Source: Psilocybe cubensis
Taxonomy: Eukaryota
Length of the DNA stretch: 64,000 nt
Assembly (NCBI GenBank): GCA_017499595.2
Contig: CM039007.1
Span: forward strand, 496,001 to 560,000
Reading direction: 5' to 3'
The notes beneath the pieces are model-generated. The model was given only the letters and a program-made list of their open reading frames with translations, did not search any database and had not been told where the DNA came from. A program made the position numbers and the translations under genes. Positions 37,036 to 52,200 of the stretch are shown here, piece by piece (the stretch's first letter is position 1; every line of letters begins with the position of its first letter).

Positions 37036-40000
37036 TCAAGCATTCGAACTAGCTTTAGCTTTCGCGGCCGATTCCAGCTCAGTGAAAGATCCGCTCTTCA
37101 TGCACATGTTTCTGAATATTCCATCCTCCTTGTTGATTAGATTCCAAGGGGTATCAAACTCGACGATCTGAAATCGTGGGTTAGTTCGTGAATTAAGTGG
37201 TTAGAAAACGGAGATGTCTCTACCTGTCCTTTGTCCAGAACGATTAAACGGTCATAGTCAATGACAGTACGAAGACGATGTGCGACTGGGGTATATGCCA
37301 TTAGTCACAAAGATAGAGTGTATAATCCAGAGTCAAATCACCTGTCAGAAGAAGAGAATTGGTAAACTCTTCACGAATGGTAGTTTGGATTTTGGCATCC
37401 GTCGCAAAATCGATGCTGCTGGTAGCCTCGTCCAATACAATAATGGAACTGCGACGAAGCAACGCCCGGGCCATCGCAATCAATTGTCTTTGACCCTGCG
37501 AGAAGTTAGTTCCCCCTGCAGATACCTTGGTATCAAGCGACACCGAAGCCTTGGAGTCAACATTGGTTGAAGCTGCTGACATGGTGTCAATGGTGCTTTC
37601 GCGATCGTGACCCGTTGGGGTTGAAGGTCTGGTTGGATTGCGCGATGATGATGCACTCTGATCTCTGGACGATTCGAGAGACAAATGTGGACTGTCCGTA
37701 ATCATATGCACTCTGCGCAACACGTCCAGGCATTCAGCATCAGTGTGGTCACCTAGCAAATGATTAGCCATGCGTAGAACTTAATTTGATGAGACGTACC
37801 AAATGGATCGAGGTTGTCTCGTAACGTCCCTGAGAATAGAGTGGCATCCTGTAATATATCAGATGTTGCTCTTCGCCATTCAAATAATGCTTACTTGAGG
37901 GATGAAGGTCTGTAGAAGTACATCGTAAGATCAAGTGGGCCAGGTATAAACAGAATGCTTACTAGTCGTGAGCGCAAGTCGTGAATTCCAATAGTAGATA
38001 TGTCAATTCCGTCAATCATGATTCGACCATTGGTGGGGTCAACAAATCTCAGAATACTCATAGCAAGTGTAGATTTTCCACTTCCTATAATGTATATTAG
38101 AATAGGTCGAGGCGAGGTTGCTAAAGGCGTACCAGTGCGACCTAAAAGGCCAACTCTTTCCCCAGCTTTCAGAGAGAACGACACGCCATGCAAAACGGCC
38201 GGCAGATCTGGGGCATATTTGATCTCCAAATCTTCGACGACAACGAGCGAGTCGTTATTAGAACTCGATGGCCAGTAAGCGGGTACGCGATTTGATTCAA
38301 TTATTGCGGGCGGTTCCTGAGGAAGATCAAGGCTTTGCGGTATGTCAGTCCAAATTCTGTGATGGAAGATGGGAAAACTGACTATTCAACGACACGTTCA
38401 ACAGAGCTATTGGAAATTGAGCACCAATCAGAGTCAGTATTATACACCACTTACTTCAGATCGAGCTCGAGACCTGCAGGCAAAGCATTAGACCATGCAT
38501 CGTATGACCGAAAGAGAAAGACTTACCAGTCCAGAATCGACACGCCCAATAAACTGCGATCACGTGATATGATTAACAAGCAAAATCGTACGAAGATAGC
38601 CAGCGTACCTGAAGATGTAAAGGCCATTGCGCTTGTAATACAGAGACCAGCGAGGCCGGCACCGTTTGCGAGCGTAGCTATAGAGAACAATGTGGTAACC
38701 AGTACAGAAAGTGCACCGAGAGCATCGAAATTGAGTAGCAGCCATCGGTTGGTCATCCAGAAAGTATACCACATCTTTATCGATCGTGTCATCAAGTAGT
38801 AAAGCAAATATTAACAATAAAATACATACCTTGGTGGTAACATCAATCTTCTTGTGCAAATTATCCAAGAATCTCCTTTCGGCAGAGAAAGCTCTGACGG
38901 TGACAATTCCTTCAAGGAGCTCTCCGAAGTCTGAAAAGATAGGGGACCTCGAATTAGATTCCATTCTTCGAAGGTCTCGGCCAGTGTTGAGATATCCGAT
39001 CGCCAACGAACGATAAGCAAAGCCTATGAAAATTGCTGGAATGATGAAGTAAGGGAAGACAACGCTGTTGGCCAAATATATGAGAGCAGAAATGAATTGA
39101 GTATTAAAGTTAAACTCACGCAACAGTGATGATGGCAGCAAAGAATCCCATCAGAGAGGAGTTGACGGCTTGCAAAGATCCAGCTAGGGAGGAGTCAATG
39201 GTTTCTACATCCTTCCCAAATCGATTAAGCATGCGGCCTAACAAAAGAATGAGACCGGCAAAACAAGCGAAAAGAATAGCAGCATACCCTGTGGGGTTGT
39301 ATCATGGAATCGGAAGGTCGCTCGTACAACAGTTACGAGAAGTTGCCTAGTATGACATTAGCCCTAAGGTCACGGAGATATGGAAAGAATCAAGTATTCA
39401 CGCACTTGAAAAGAATGCGGGAGGCTCGCAATGCACCCGTATACTGAATCATTACTGAAGTGATACTTGCTAGTGCAGTTGCCATACCAATGCCAGCGTA
39501 GATCCCGATGTAAAAGAGGGGATGTTCAGAGGCATTAGGCCATTGAATACCAAATATGCCTTTTGGGGGCGCTAGGCTCTGATAAGTATGGTAATGTTGA
39601 TGATTCATGGAAAGGCCATCCATAGATGCTTCGTGTTCAGCGGTGGCAAACGTGCGGAACTCGTAGAATGCTGGAGAAGTCTCGTTGCCGATCTTATACG
39701 CTTCACCCCAAGTCTATGAAATGATAAGCAAGGACATATTTTGAAACCAACATGCTGACCTTGATCCAAAGTTTCTCGGAAATGTTCAAAAATTGAATTA
39801 GGACAATGATCAAGGCTAGGAAAGCCCATGTCCAGTACGAGCTAGATCAACGTTGAATCAATGTCAGGAATTATCGCCCAAGAACAATAAAGACGTACGA
39901 GGCCTTGAGGTAACTCTTGTAGATAGACCACTTGACTCCCCCTGTCTCTCTATGCTCATCTTTGACAAGTTTCCTGGGCTTTTTGGTAGCGTCGGCCGTT

Positions 40001-43000
40001 TTAGAAGGATCTTCGAGGGTTTCTTCAATCGCAGCTGCATCCGCCTCAATAGCCTCTTCCTTGTGCGCGTCAACAGAGGCATCCAATTTAATTTCTTCTA
40101 GAACACCTTGTTCCCTGAGTTCCTTGACTGTTCCTTGGGTGTCGATGCGGCCATCAAGCATACGGATAAGATAATGGGCCCCAGGAAGCACAAGTTCGAC
40201 ATGATGTGTTACCAGTACCTAGACGGAGTGAGTGATTCACGCTTTACAAAGATAGACGACGAGGTATACTCACGACAGTTCTGTTAGCCAAAAGTGGGCC
40301 TCGCAAAAGCTTCTCATAAAGGAACCTTGAGGTATGACTGTCGACCGCACTGAGAGGGTCGTCCAGCAGCACATATTTGGTTCGAGCATAAACGGCTCGT
40401 GCCAGCGCAACTCTTGCTTTCTGTCCTCCTGATAAACTCACACCCCTGGTAGACAATGCTTCAATATCAAAGTGGAGAGCAATAGGGAAAAAAAAAAAAA
40501 CAACCGACCTTGCTCCAATCTCTGTTGCATCGCCGTCCTCTAACATCTTCAAATCGGGCCTGAGAGCACAGGAATCGATAACCATGTTATATCGTGCCTC
40601 ATCGTACGGGTACCCAAACAGGATGTTGTCCTTGATTGATTGGTGCCTTAACCATGGCGATTGGGCCGCGTAGGAGATACAGTGCATGAGTCCGTTCTCA
40701 TCGACGCGCGACGGCTCCTTGGACATAATTATACGTCCTTTTGTAAGGGTCAATTCACCAAGAACGGCGAGCTATATATGTGAGTTCAATGACTAGATCG
40801 TGCTCTAAAGATAATAGAACCTACGAGAAGTGCAGTTTTCCCAGAAGCGGTTGGTCCAGTAACAACAGTCAATTCACCCTGCGGGAAAACGACAGATATA
40901 TCTCTTAACTCGAACACTCGGTCTTGAGGTCCCGTAACACTCCTTTCAGAGGCGTTATCATCAACGGTTGTGCTGGCGTCGTCGGCAGTCAGGTCGGCAG
41001 TGGTAGTAGGTAAGGTAGTTTTCCCGTCACTCTTGCCTTTATCTTTATCCACTGCATCCGTTACCTCATTCCATTTGAAAGACGCATTCTCGAGCCCAAG
41101 TCCTTCATCGTCCGCACCAGGCAATAGGGGCTCCGAATAGTCCTTCTTGAGCGAAGAAACCTGATCTGTGACCTCTTCTTCGTCGAGATAGACAGAAATC
41201 CTATTGAGCGCGACACCAGTCTGAAGATCATATACAGGTTAGGGGACTCAAAAAAAATGGCGTCTGCCACTAACCTGCAAAATTTGGACGATCCAGGTTG
41301 GGATAACATTCAGTGGTGCTCTGGGTGCCATTATTAATTATAATGACCACCTGATAAGTTACGTCATACAAACTTACCTGACCATATTGAATAGAGCAAT
41401 TGCCTGTGATTTAACGCGTATATTAGGTGTGACAAAGGTGGGATGGCAAGATAACTAACCGTGAAAGCAGTACTAATGGTCAGCTCATTGCCCTGTAGAA
41501 CATAGGCCATAAACGAGATGATGGATACTAAGATCGGAGCAGTCGTCCAGAGAAGGCCAAACAAAACCGAGTTGATACGAGCTGAGAGTTTTGCGTTAGC
41601 ATGAACAATACAGGTAACATGATTCTAAATCACCTTTAACCATCCATTTCATTTCAAACTCTCGTGCGTCTAGGGCCTTGCCAATCCAACGCTCTTCCCA
41701 AGCAAAGAACTTGATGAATTTGACCTGGTTCGTGTTTGCAAGGTTATCGGGAGGTACAGACAATATATTAAGGAACGCACTGCGCCAATTAACTCATTAA
41801 GGACTCCCATACGCTTGTCTCGTGCAGCAAGCACGCCTTTCTGGATTCTGATACTTCGGCGAGCGATGAAGCTGTTGAGAGGCCATCCGACAAGCAATAC
41901 TACAAATCCTGCAAAAGCGCTGAGACCCAATAGTCTAAGAACGAAGGTAAGTATTCGTCGATGTTGAAAAAGTGGCGCGCTTAACTGATACAGGAATACA
42001 CCAGCGATGATAATCTCAAAGGGCGCTGTATCAAAGATGATTAGAACTCGTCGAAAGGGACCGTTTGATGAAGCATACCGCCATATATGAAGTACAAGGC
42101 TGAAATTGTCATAGAAATCTATGAACAACATGAGATTGTGGTTTGCATCGAATAATGGTGGCCTACCCTATTGGCGTCCCCAGCCATAAGGTTGACTATT
42201 TTTCCAACATCAGCTCCGGCTTTGGGGTCATCAGCTTTAGCTGCTTTTTCCTTTTCTTCTTTCTTCTTCGCTTTTGATTTGCCTTCGAGGGCGCATCAGC
42301 ATTATGACGAAAATCGTGTTGTAATTTATAGGAGACACACGTTTGGACTCTTTGGTCTCGACACCATTTGATGGGGATTCCTTAACTTCCTCCTCTTTTT
42401 TGTCTTTGTTGACGACGCCTGAGAAATCTTTGCGTTTCAATGCCTTGTCGTATATCGCCGCCATCAGCTCGGAGCGAATCCGCGTTGCTGCCCGTCGGCC
42501 AAACCATAGGTGCTGAACGTCAGCTTGTGCCTATAGAAATATCATGCCGGTGTCAACAAAGTTGATGGTGATTGGCCAAACCTTCAAAATGGAACATGTG
42601 AACGCGAGGAACGCATATATGTATGCTCGCGTGCGGCTTTCCGGCGTTGGCTCTTCCAAGTCAATTAAATCTAGGATCCGCCTTAAGATAAGTTAGAATT
42701 TTATTGGAGAATGCTAGACATGGCACATACTTTAGGAAAAAAGGACCTGCATAGTTAAACAACACGCTGACAAAAGTTAAGGAGAAATCCAAGCTAGATA
42801 GTCGTATGTGTGAGAATCTAACAATGCGAGCATATGCTCAACCAACTGACATGAGATCAAGGGAGTTGGCCGCCCATAGGCGACGGAGCAGGGTGGAACG
42901 TTTGATGGAGCTGAACTTGACAAAAATAGGCCTCGATTGCATTGTGGGACTCATATCCCATACGTCCTTTTCTTCAAGCGTAGTATTTGTTCCCTATTGT

Positions 43001-43849
43001 TCAGATGAGCTCCGAGTCAATAGAGAGAATATGGAATCAACGTACCCGTTTAACCAAGGGGTAAACCCACTTGAAAGTAATCCATCCCCACAGGTTAGTG
43101 TAGTCCTCCGGCGAGACAGAATGCCCCTATGGAAAGTTAGAGAAAGACACGCCTGCCACATATAAACCACGTACAATTTCCTTAGGATCAACGCGGTTGC
43201 TCGGGAGTGCCAAAGGTATTGTGACAACTACAGACAATAGGAGTATGAGGGAAAGTAAATTGGTGAGCATACCAAGCAGGGCAAGATTAGATGGAGGCGG
43301 GGCCCCTAAGACACGGTTATCGAATAAAGCTCCGCCAAATTGAAGGATTGAGGTGAATAGCAGGATTAAATACAATGTGAACATGTCGGCGGGGCCGGTC
43401 GCTGGCGGAATAACGATGGGTCGGACGACGGTGTACATCCAAGCAAAAGCTACAAGGAATGAAGCCACTCCTGCCCATATATCCGTTGTATCATTGTATA
43501 TGAGGAATGAGCCATGTGCGACCCAGCAGAAACACTGCACGATTCCTACGAATACAAATACCACAGTGCGCCAAAGGGGGGCGATATGGGACACTTCCAA
43601 CACAATCTCCGTGTCGTCTCCATCAAAACCTTTCTCTCCGGTGATATCAATGGCCTCCGCTTCATGTAACGTCAGGTAAGTCTTGAATGGCGCGCCTAGA
43701 AATCGTAGTATCCGTCGGGCAGGTTGTGGTAGGGGTATAGTCGATAAGCACAAAGCGAAAACGAAGACTGCTGGAAGAAATGCGCTCCATGATAGTCGTA
43801 CGCATTGACTGCTAAAGTCTAATGGGCCATGGTCCTCACAAAGGCCCAT
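37036..43849 (-). CDS. ABCC/MRP-type ABC transporter (paralogue 1), many exons
   Basis: NBD1 [35 protein letters not shown]2 [24 protein letters not shown]; transmembrane segments; stop TGA at 37036-37038. Confidence 0.93.
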
Positions 43850-43955
43850 ATCGCGTCGAAAACCCAAAGATATAGCTGTGGTAGACGGTTGCGAAGGATG
43901 CAATCGAATTGGGTTAGGTTAGCTTGGCAACTTACTTAGTGAAAAGATAAAACTA

Positions 43956-43978
43956 TTAATTAATTAATTAATTAATTA
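43956..43978. repeat. (TTAA)n microsatellite
   Basis: ttaattaattaattaattaatta upstream of ABC paralogue 1. Confidence 0.85.
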
Positions 43979-44288
43979 CATAAGTATATAGCAGTATTGT
44001 TGAATCGGAGATCAAAACTGGAATGAACAGTTACACGAATGGAACACAACCTTCAAAAGTTGTTCAAAAGCTCAACCACGGAACCTAAAGTTCTTGATCT
44101 TAAACTGCTGCTCGTTATTTCTTCGTTGAAATTAGACTCTTATCTAAACATATCTACGCGAAACGTGAGTAATGAGTATGTAAGTAGTAAAATTTCAAGC
44201 CAATTTGCTGCTGATGCTCTTGAAGTTCCAGATTGAAATGGATTGTTCACACAAGTCACTTGCTCACAAATACCAACGTTGAATGCAA

Positions 44289-46026
44289 CTAATTTCTGGT
44301 CACTGCCTCCTGTGGGTGTACCACAGCACCCCCTGCAACTTCGCCAGTGATCAACGGGAACCAGGAAGTCCAGTTATGGGATGGCATGTATTCCGGAAAT
44401 TCACGTCGAGCTTTCTCAAAATCCACAACAAAATCTTCCTTGGCCTGGTTTCTAGAGCTCCACCAGCTCCCTGTTCCTCTCTGCTTCGCCAGGACATCCA
44501 GTTCCATCATCACAATGCCCTCGTATTGAACAACGGCTGCGATACAAAAGTGGGGAGGAATTCCCGTCATAGCGCTCGCGTTTTCTTCCACGCTCCATTC
44601 GGCTGAATCTTGACTGTGTCCACGGATGGACCCAGTGATGGTCATGGCATGTGCGAGTTGTTTCCTCACTTGCCACTCGGCGTTGACCTCTGGGCCCGTG
44701 TTAAATCCACCCACGCTGAACTGAGCTGGGATACTGAAACTATACTTCCTGTGGTGGCTTTCTTCGTTTTTTGCGCCTATGGCATATTTGGGCGCGACGT
44801 CAATCATCTTGGATGGATGTACTCCGCGGACAGATTTCAGTTTCCACTTGATCCGCAGAGCGTTGAATCGGCGGGAAGGAGATGGATGGCACTGGAACTG
44901 AAGAATCACCAAGCACCTGTGTGGCTCCAAAACCTGCACAGTCGATAACGATGCTGATAGATACGACGTCGATGACAACTCCTCGCTTATAATGACCGTT
45001 GGGGACCTGATTGGTTTTGGTCGATGCAACCCAGGCAAGAACCTCCAATGGTCCGAACTGTGCGTTTCCGTGGTCTCCGTCGCCTTGTCTTGCTGTTGCA
45101 CAGCGTAACCTGGAGGCGGTCCCGGAGGCGGAGCGTATTGTGGTCCTCCAAATGTCGCAGGCTTGGACTCGTCAAACAAACCGGGATATCGATCTTGAAC
45201 AATGCTAATCTGAGAGGTATTCAATTTTACTCCTTCTAAACGTCGTGCCGCTCACCTCGTTGACATACGCCGCATACCGACTCCTATGCTCCTTCCATTT
45301 CTGCTCGAGAGACGTCAGCTGAAGGTTAGTAAATGCCTGCATGAGCATCTTCTCCCTCCGTAATTGTGAACTCGTTTCCATCGCCATTTCGTTCCACCAG
45401 GCAGCAAACTTTGTTAATATAATGCTGAACTGCTCCAAGTCCTGTACGCCCTTGGAAAGCAGTGTTTGCATCTCGGTAATACCGCAATCCCTTGTGGAAT
45501 CTTTTTCGGCCTTTATCTTATTCAGAAGCTGCCGTTCTCATGAGATCAGAAAGGCCGCCTTTCAGACAAATATTGTACTTGCCTCTTCCACCGTCGTACG
45601 AACGTGAATAAAACCCAACTTTGCCTCTACTGCCTTGTCGTATCCTTGCTGTGTCAAGTCCTTCACTCCTTTCAAAAACGCAATTCGGTCTTCGGGAGTT
45701 GAATGCGGAATGAATTTAATAAGCGCTAAAGCATCATCGCAGATCGTGAATCCAACATGAGCAGCATCGACACTGGAACGAATGGCTTTGGAATAAATGA
45801 TGGCTTGGTTTTGCACATCTTTTACAATACCAAGTTGTGAGCTAAAGAAATAACATGTAATGTTGAGGTAACGATAGGTAATGAACCATGCTTACGGTTC
45901 CTTCATCTCGCACCATGGCATTATGATCTCTAAAGCCTTCTCCGTGCTTCGAGCTAGCGCCACGGTGTCGAAAAACTTGGCCGAATCGAGGAATGCGATG
46001 GCGGGGTCAGTCGAGTCTGTGCTCAT
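44289..46026 (-). CDS. Hypothetical two-domain protein (helical N-terminal domain, Pro-rich linker, beta-rich C-terminal domain), 4 exons
   Basis: MSTDSTDPAIAF...; exons join through ORFs 45562-45816, 45205-45471 and 44289-45224; C-terminal WSVEEN..MTGIP motif. Confidence 0.7.
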
Positions 46027-46311
46027 CGTCGTAACGCTCGTTGTATGCTAGGAACGTTTGGGAGACAATTTGAGATCATATAAGAATCAAATGTTCAAAT
46101 TCAAACGCCTCGCCTTCAGCATGAGGAATCCTCATGACGTTGGACATATCCATCTTATCTCAAGTCTTAATATATTCTCCAATCGATGGTAGATCAATAT
46201 AAACCTATCGAGCCGTGGAGGAAAAGAAGTAAGCTATCAATAAAGAGTGCACGTAACTACAGAACTAAGGGTTCGATTTTCAAATGATAAATAAAATGTA
46301 CGACTAGCTGA

Positions 46312-47403
46312 CTATTTCGAATGAGAGAAAAACCGACAAATCTTCTTCCACCACGAATACAGGCCCTCATCGCTACGATTAGCCTTATCTGCACCAGCCG
46401 GATACGAGCGTCTGTCGTTCAACGGGAGTTTGCCGCCGTCAGCACGGGCCTGAGGGTATGTGTTCCTTCGCCTGGTCTTTCCGTTCGTCTGCACAATAGC
46501 TGGATCGATAGTCATAGCGTCTGCAGACTGTGCTATAGAGCTGCTGGCCTGCAAAAGGGCAGCCTGGTATTTGATCCAGATCTCGACCGTTGCCTTCGTT
46601 TCATCCCCAGGTGACGGAAAGTTACTTTGCCGATTCACGATCAGGGTAAGGAACGCGGCATGGTTCTCCCAGAACGCAAGAATGTCCCATAGAGAAGATC
46701 TCACATCCTCCAGTGCAGAGAATAGCGTCGTCACCGTGAGTTCCGGGTGCGCATCCTTCGGGGTTTGCTGTTGTTGTGAGTCGAGTGTCGATGATCGAGA
46801 TTGACCTTTGTAAAGTTAGGAATAAGAAACACGACATTAAACGCACACACACAAAACGCAGGCCACTTACCACTTTTCTTGTTCTTCTCGGTCAGTTGGT
46901 CTTTCAAATCTTTCTCCTGAGTCCGAAAGCTCTGCAAATCTCTATCGTAAACTCTATTGACCTCTTGCAGATCTCGGAGAACACTCTTTCCTGACAGTTG
47001 ACATCTTTTCGCAGAGATATGACGGTCATTTGGAGCACGTTGACATGAGGAAGTGAAGTCTACTGCGTGACGGTATCCACTCTGTAGAACCTGTCGAAGG
47101 CTCTCGCATTCAGTTCTAAACAGGTGTTTAGCCTCTTTGAATCGCTCGATCGTCCCTTTGTGTAGACCTTTGCGGGCTATAAGAGCCTTGTGGACATCGT
47201 AGAATGCTCCCATGACCTTTTGCACATTCTCCGCCAGCGAGGAAACAGGTCTTTCCAAACCTTGCAGCCTCTGCCCGAAAACGAGTCAAGGTAAGTCTTG
47301 TGGGTGTAAGAAAATAACGTACCACAATGGGTGGAGGGTCCTTGTTGACTACGACGAGAGCGGTCCCGATGGGTGGGCCCTGGCGTACGTTGAGAGTGGC
47401 CAT
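46312..47403 (-). CDS. Hypothetical alpha-helical/coiled-coil protein, 3 exons
   Basis: MATLNVRQGPP...|RLQGLERPVSSLAENVQK...|...LWDILAFWENHAAFL...FFSHSK*, joined by GT-AG introns. Confidence 0.7.
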
Positions 47404-49239
47404 TTTTTGTGAGTTCGTCTAGAGAGATGTGGTAAGATGCCTGAAATTTAGGACCTGAAAAACGACTATACTCACGTATTATGTAGTCCTCCGCCGACGT
47501 CTGGGCTGTAGACAGCGAGTTGAAGAAGGGGGAAAGAATGATCGCCTTGCACAGTCGCTGCGAGTAGGCATGCTGCAGGCAGGGAAACACGAGGATGATA
47601 TATATAAAATTTATAGTGTTAATGGTCCTAATTCAACGTCATCGACACAAAGATAGCGTTTGGTACAAATCGTTTTCGAAATAGTGAAATCAGTAGAAAC
47701 CATATTGGCTTATTGAGGAAGAAACAGCACTCTGAATCAGCCATAAGTTGTGATGAGAGCATTAAGAAGTCCCTGTTACTAGTCGCAGGTTGAAGCCCTT
47801 CGGCTCAAATGTAGTCCTTGAAACGACGTTTTCAACAACCGCTGCTCGTGTCACCTGGCCGAAAGAGGCCGTATCAGGTGTTAGGAATCATTTGCCAGTA
47901 GCCGCATGGTAAACCATGCCTTATATGAGTCTGGCAAGGCGGTAGTAACTCTGGCCGGGTGCTCTGTTAGAGCCAATAGTCTCAGCCGAAGATCATTCAT
48001 GAGCAATATTGTTTGAAATGGATACTCACGTTGAAACTTGCAATCGCACTCCAAACCCCAGATACTACGCCACTGTGTCAAAGCCTCGTCTCAAACGTCC
48101 TTAGAGCCTAGTGCAATCGATAGGATCCCCATAGTCAACCCATTAAACCAGAAATCCAGCATGACGTCTTGAACTCAGAGATTCGGTAGCGTTGAACCGG
48201 CCATGCAAAAGCCAAAAGGTTTTGATCTCATACACCTTGCTGCCATTGAATCGAGTATGATTGCGGAGTGATGATGACGATAGAGCAAGCCGATGATGAG
48301 GGAGTAATAATATACGATCAGCTAGTCATCACAGCTCAGCGACGTAGATGAGGTTTAGATTGTGATACTCACAAGCACAGAAAGATATAACACCTATTTT
48401 GTTCGGCCGTCACCCCTACAATTTCAACGACGCCTGCGTGTTTGTACCCACACAACCGTTAACCACCATTCAAACGAGTTTCGTCAATGCCGACAATGAA
48501 TAGATTCGTCGCTGGGAAGGGAACCTAGGGTTTGAATGCGACAACGCGGAGCTAAGTACTTGTGTCAGAGGGCGTCATTAAAGCACAGGGCGTGTGGCAA
48601 CGCACAAATCGATGAGCATATGCCATATGGTCTCGCAGCTGCCTGAAGGCTGGCAGCGTCGTTAAAGACGACATGAGCGAGATTGTTGATGTTGTGGGGA
48701 ACAAATGCGGCTCTTCACAGCACATGGTGGGCACTCTAGACGATCATGGCGGCCCCGATCTGGCATTGCTAGGGTGGATGGGGACCTAGTTGATGAACAT
48801 CAAGCAGGACTGCTGCTGAAACAGATAGCCTGCTCACCATGGGAAGAATTACTCTCGACTTTTCGCATTGAGCATCCAATGGCCGCCCGTTCAAGAACCC
48901 TATCTCCTCGTCGCTGTCTGCGTTCCCATCAACCCCCCGGTCAGCGTTGAGCATGGGACCTCAACCCAGCCATCGGATATCCGAACATCGTGGGCCGTCG
49001 TCTCGGCAGACAAGGTAGTCGCAGTTGAACTGTTTAGACGTCGTATAAATAAGTCTGGAGGTGGATAACGCCCTTGGTGGCTACTCGCGTCAGGTGGCCA
49101 TGGTGGATGCCGGCAAAGCTCGACGTGATGGGTGTTCGTGCGTGCGACACTGCCTCGAGCAACATAAAAAAGTATTGTCGGACATGTCAAACTGCAACGC
49201 AGCCCACTGCAGCGCCCGCTCAGCAAGCTTGAAAGGCAG

Positions 49240-52200
49240 ATGAGTATCTGCAATAACAGAAGTGTTTTCGAGTTCAATGACCCGTGCATTCGTGCATCGT
49301 GGTCTGCATTACTCCCTTTCGGACTTGTCGGCCTGTTGTGTCTATCCAAACTTCCCAAACCACGACCAGTACAACGACTTTGTCGTTTTTTGCAATCACC
49401 TTTGCACAACTTCCTCACTCTTCGTGAAGCTGAAGCTCTTGACAACAAATCTGCAATAGGACGCGCCTTTGAGAATGACAATATCGAAGAGCTACCAAAA
49501 TCCCACGTTCGTCGACACCATGTCGCGTTCGCCTTCATCGGTGCCGCAGAAGGACTCTGCTGGATAGTCAGTGGGTCTTTCCAACTTTACGATTCGCACA
49601 ACAACGTAGACGGCATCCTTTGCTACGCTCTCGCGTTTTCATGGATCTATACCGCCATTCGCCCTTTGGTACCATCAACATCCAAGTCTGCCCCCTACGA
49701 CGTCGTTGTCATCTACCTGCTTTTCTTCGTTGGTGCTATTGTAGATATCGGAGGGATTATCTACGATTACGCTGTCTTGCTTTCCCCTCTACCTTCGCAA
49801 CTCTCCTTACTGTTGCGAAGTGTCAACCTTCTTGCGATCGTGTCTTCGTTGATCATCATCTTCAATATACCATCGGAATTACCCAGCGCGAAGGTCGATC
49901 CACAAGAAATTGTGAGTAAAAACATCAACCATCATCCTACGTCGCTGATTGATATAAGGGCCACACTCTAACCACGGAGGATTATGCTACCTTGTGGCAG
50001 TGGGTGTCCTTCTCCTGGATTTACCCTCTTATCCGATCAGTGAGTCCGATCCATTTATCTTTCCCTTGCTGGCTCACACGCACACTATAGGGTCGATATG
50101 CTACCCTCCATGAAAAGGACGTTTGGAATATCAGTCCAACCATGCAATCGCGCCCCCTGTTCGCAAAATTCAGTGCTTTGCGGTTTGTGTATACGTTATT
50201 AATGCTGTGTCGTGGCTTATGAAAACAAATTGATAGGCAAACGAGTTTATTTCGTCGCATATGGGCCGCGAATTCGCTGGATATCATGTATGGAACCGTG
50301 ACTAAAATAATGGTTTTTGCTGATATTTGACCGTAGAATTGACCTTACTCTGACCATTGTGAGCGTGGTACTGCAATACACCGGCCCATATTTTTTGAAG
50401 TATGTGTCAACTTCAAGCCACGCGAAATACTTAGTTGGCTGATATTGTCCGTTTGGTCTTGTAGAAAAATCCTCGATACAATTGACGTTGAAGTAATTAC
50501 CCCTGAAAAAAAGGTGGAGGCTTACACATATGGCTTTTTGGCATTCTTTTGCACTATACTGAAGGTTTGGGAATCACCATTACCTTGGTTGACAAATCAA
50601 ATTGACATGCAATATGAATCAGACTCAATCCGACCTTCAACATCTCTGGTTCGCTCGTCGAGCATCAACCAGGATACGTTCGGAACTCATGACATCCATA
50701 TATGCGAAAGCATTGAAAAGAAAGGATTTCTCCGCTATCGTCGACCAATCAAAGGTGACAGATTCCATGTCGCAAGCTCCTCCGACCTCCGGGCGTAAAG
50801 GTACGCCCATCTTATATTAAAAAAGTCGACATTCGGTCTAACTGTCTGAGAAGGAAAAGCGGGTAGCAAAGGAAAGTCCGACACTTCTGATGATCCCAAG
50901 CCAGGCGCCAGTACGGGTAAAATTGTTAATCTTATGTCCAGTGACTCTAACAGAGTAAGTCTTTTCTTTTCTAATGGCGGACATTTTATCCACTCCACCT
51001 CAGATATCAAGAATGGTCACAATCATATTCAACCTTTACGGAGGTATGTTGCACAAATCTTACGTTCTGAGAATAAAACTACCCCTGTCTTTCTGCAGCT
51101 CCTTTCGAGATCATCATTGCATGCACATTTCTCTACCAGTCAGTATGACGTTCTCAAGAGCAAAATCCTCGTCCCTAATATTTTTTTCAGACTTCTCGGC
51201 ATTAGTGCATTCGCCGGTTTCTTGGTCCTGGTAGTAGGCTGGCCCCTGAACAATTTCCTCGCCCGTCGAAATGTCCGAATCAATAAAGGTATCATGAGTG
51301 CCCAAGATAAACGTATGGGTGTGCTAAACGAGTTGATCAGGGCCGTAAGTCCTCTAAACTTTGGTGTACACTAACACGCCTTCAATGCTCTTTGTTAGAT
51401 CAAATTCATTAAACTTTTTGCGTGGGAGGAACGATGGATTGCGAGAGCAATGGAAGCAAGAGAATTGGAACTGAAGTGGATCAGAAAAGGTGAATAACAT
51501 CTCAAGCGCATAGTAGCATTAGTTTAAAGGCCTTACCCATTTCAGCCCGGATCAACCAGATACTGTTCCATTTACTTACCAACAGTGCCCCGATACTGGT
51601 GTCTATCATATCGTTTTTTGCCTATGTGATGAGCGGTAACGAGTTGACTATAAGCACAGCGTTCACGGTAAGTTTCGACAAATTTCCTGTCACAAGTTTA
51701 CTCATTCAGTCGAAAATTCGCCTCCAACAGGCGATTGCTTTGTTCAGCATGGTCAGGTATGGGACTCTAATATTTAGTTATTTTCTTTGGCACTGATCGT
51801 ATGATGAATTTTTGGTAGAGCCCCTCTCAAAGTGCTTCCCACTTACTTGGTCCAGATTCTTCAGGTTCCTCATAGTCATCGTTCTTTGAGGAATAAAATA
51901 CTAATCTCTAAGCAACTCAGGCCCAGGTTGCACTGGAACGGATTTCTGTCTACCTCGATGAAGAAGAAGTCACCGAACAGGTGTCAACGCTGAAGAGAAA
52001 TTCTCAACCATCTAATGCAATCGTCGATGAAGGCTTGGGACTCAGCAACGCTACCCTGCGGTGGAACGAAGTGACTGTCGTTGAAAAGAAGGATAAAGCT
52101 AGGACTTCTTCAATAAGTCACCCTCCTGCTACTACAAGTGTTCCAGAGATCGCGGTTGTGGCAAACGAGGGAAGTTCATCTGACAGCACTACGTTGGAAA

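Noticed and set aside
47600-49230. Several 60-210 aa ORFs upstream of ABC paralogue 2
   Set aside because: No recognisable motifs or consistent splice pattern; likely promoter/intergenic or antisense shadows.
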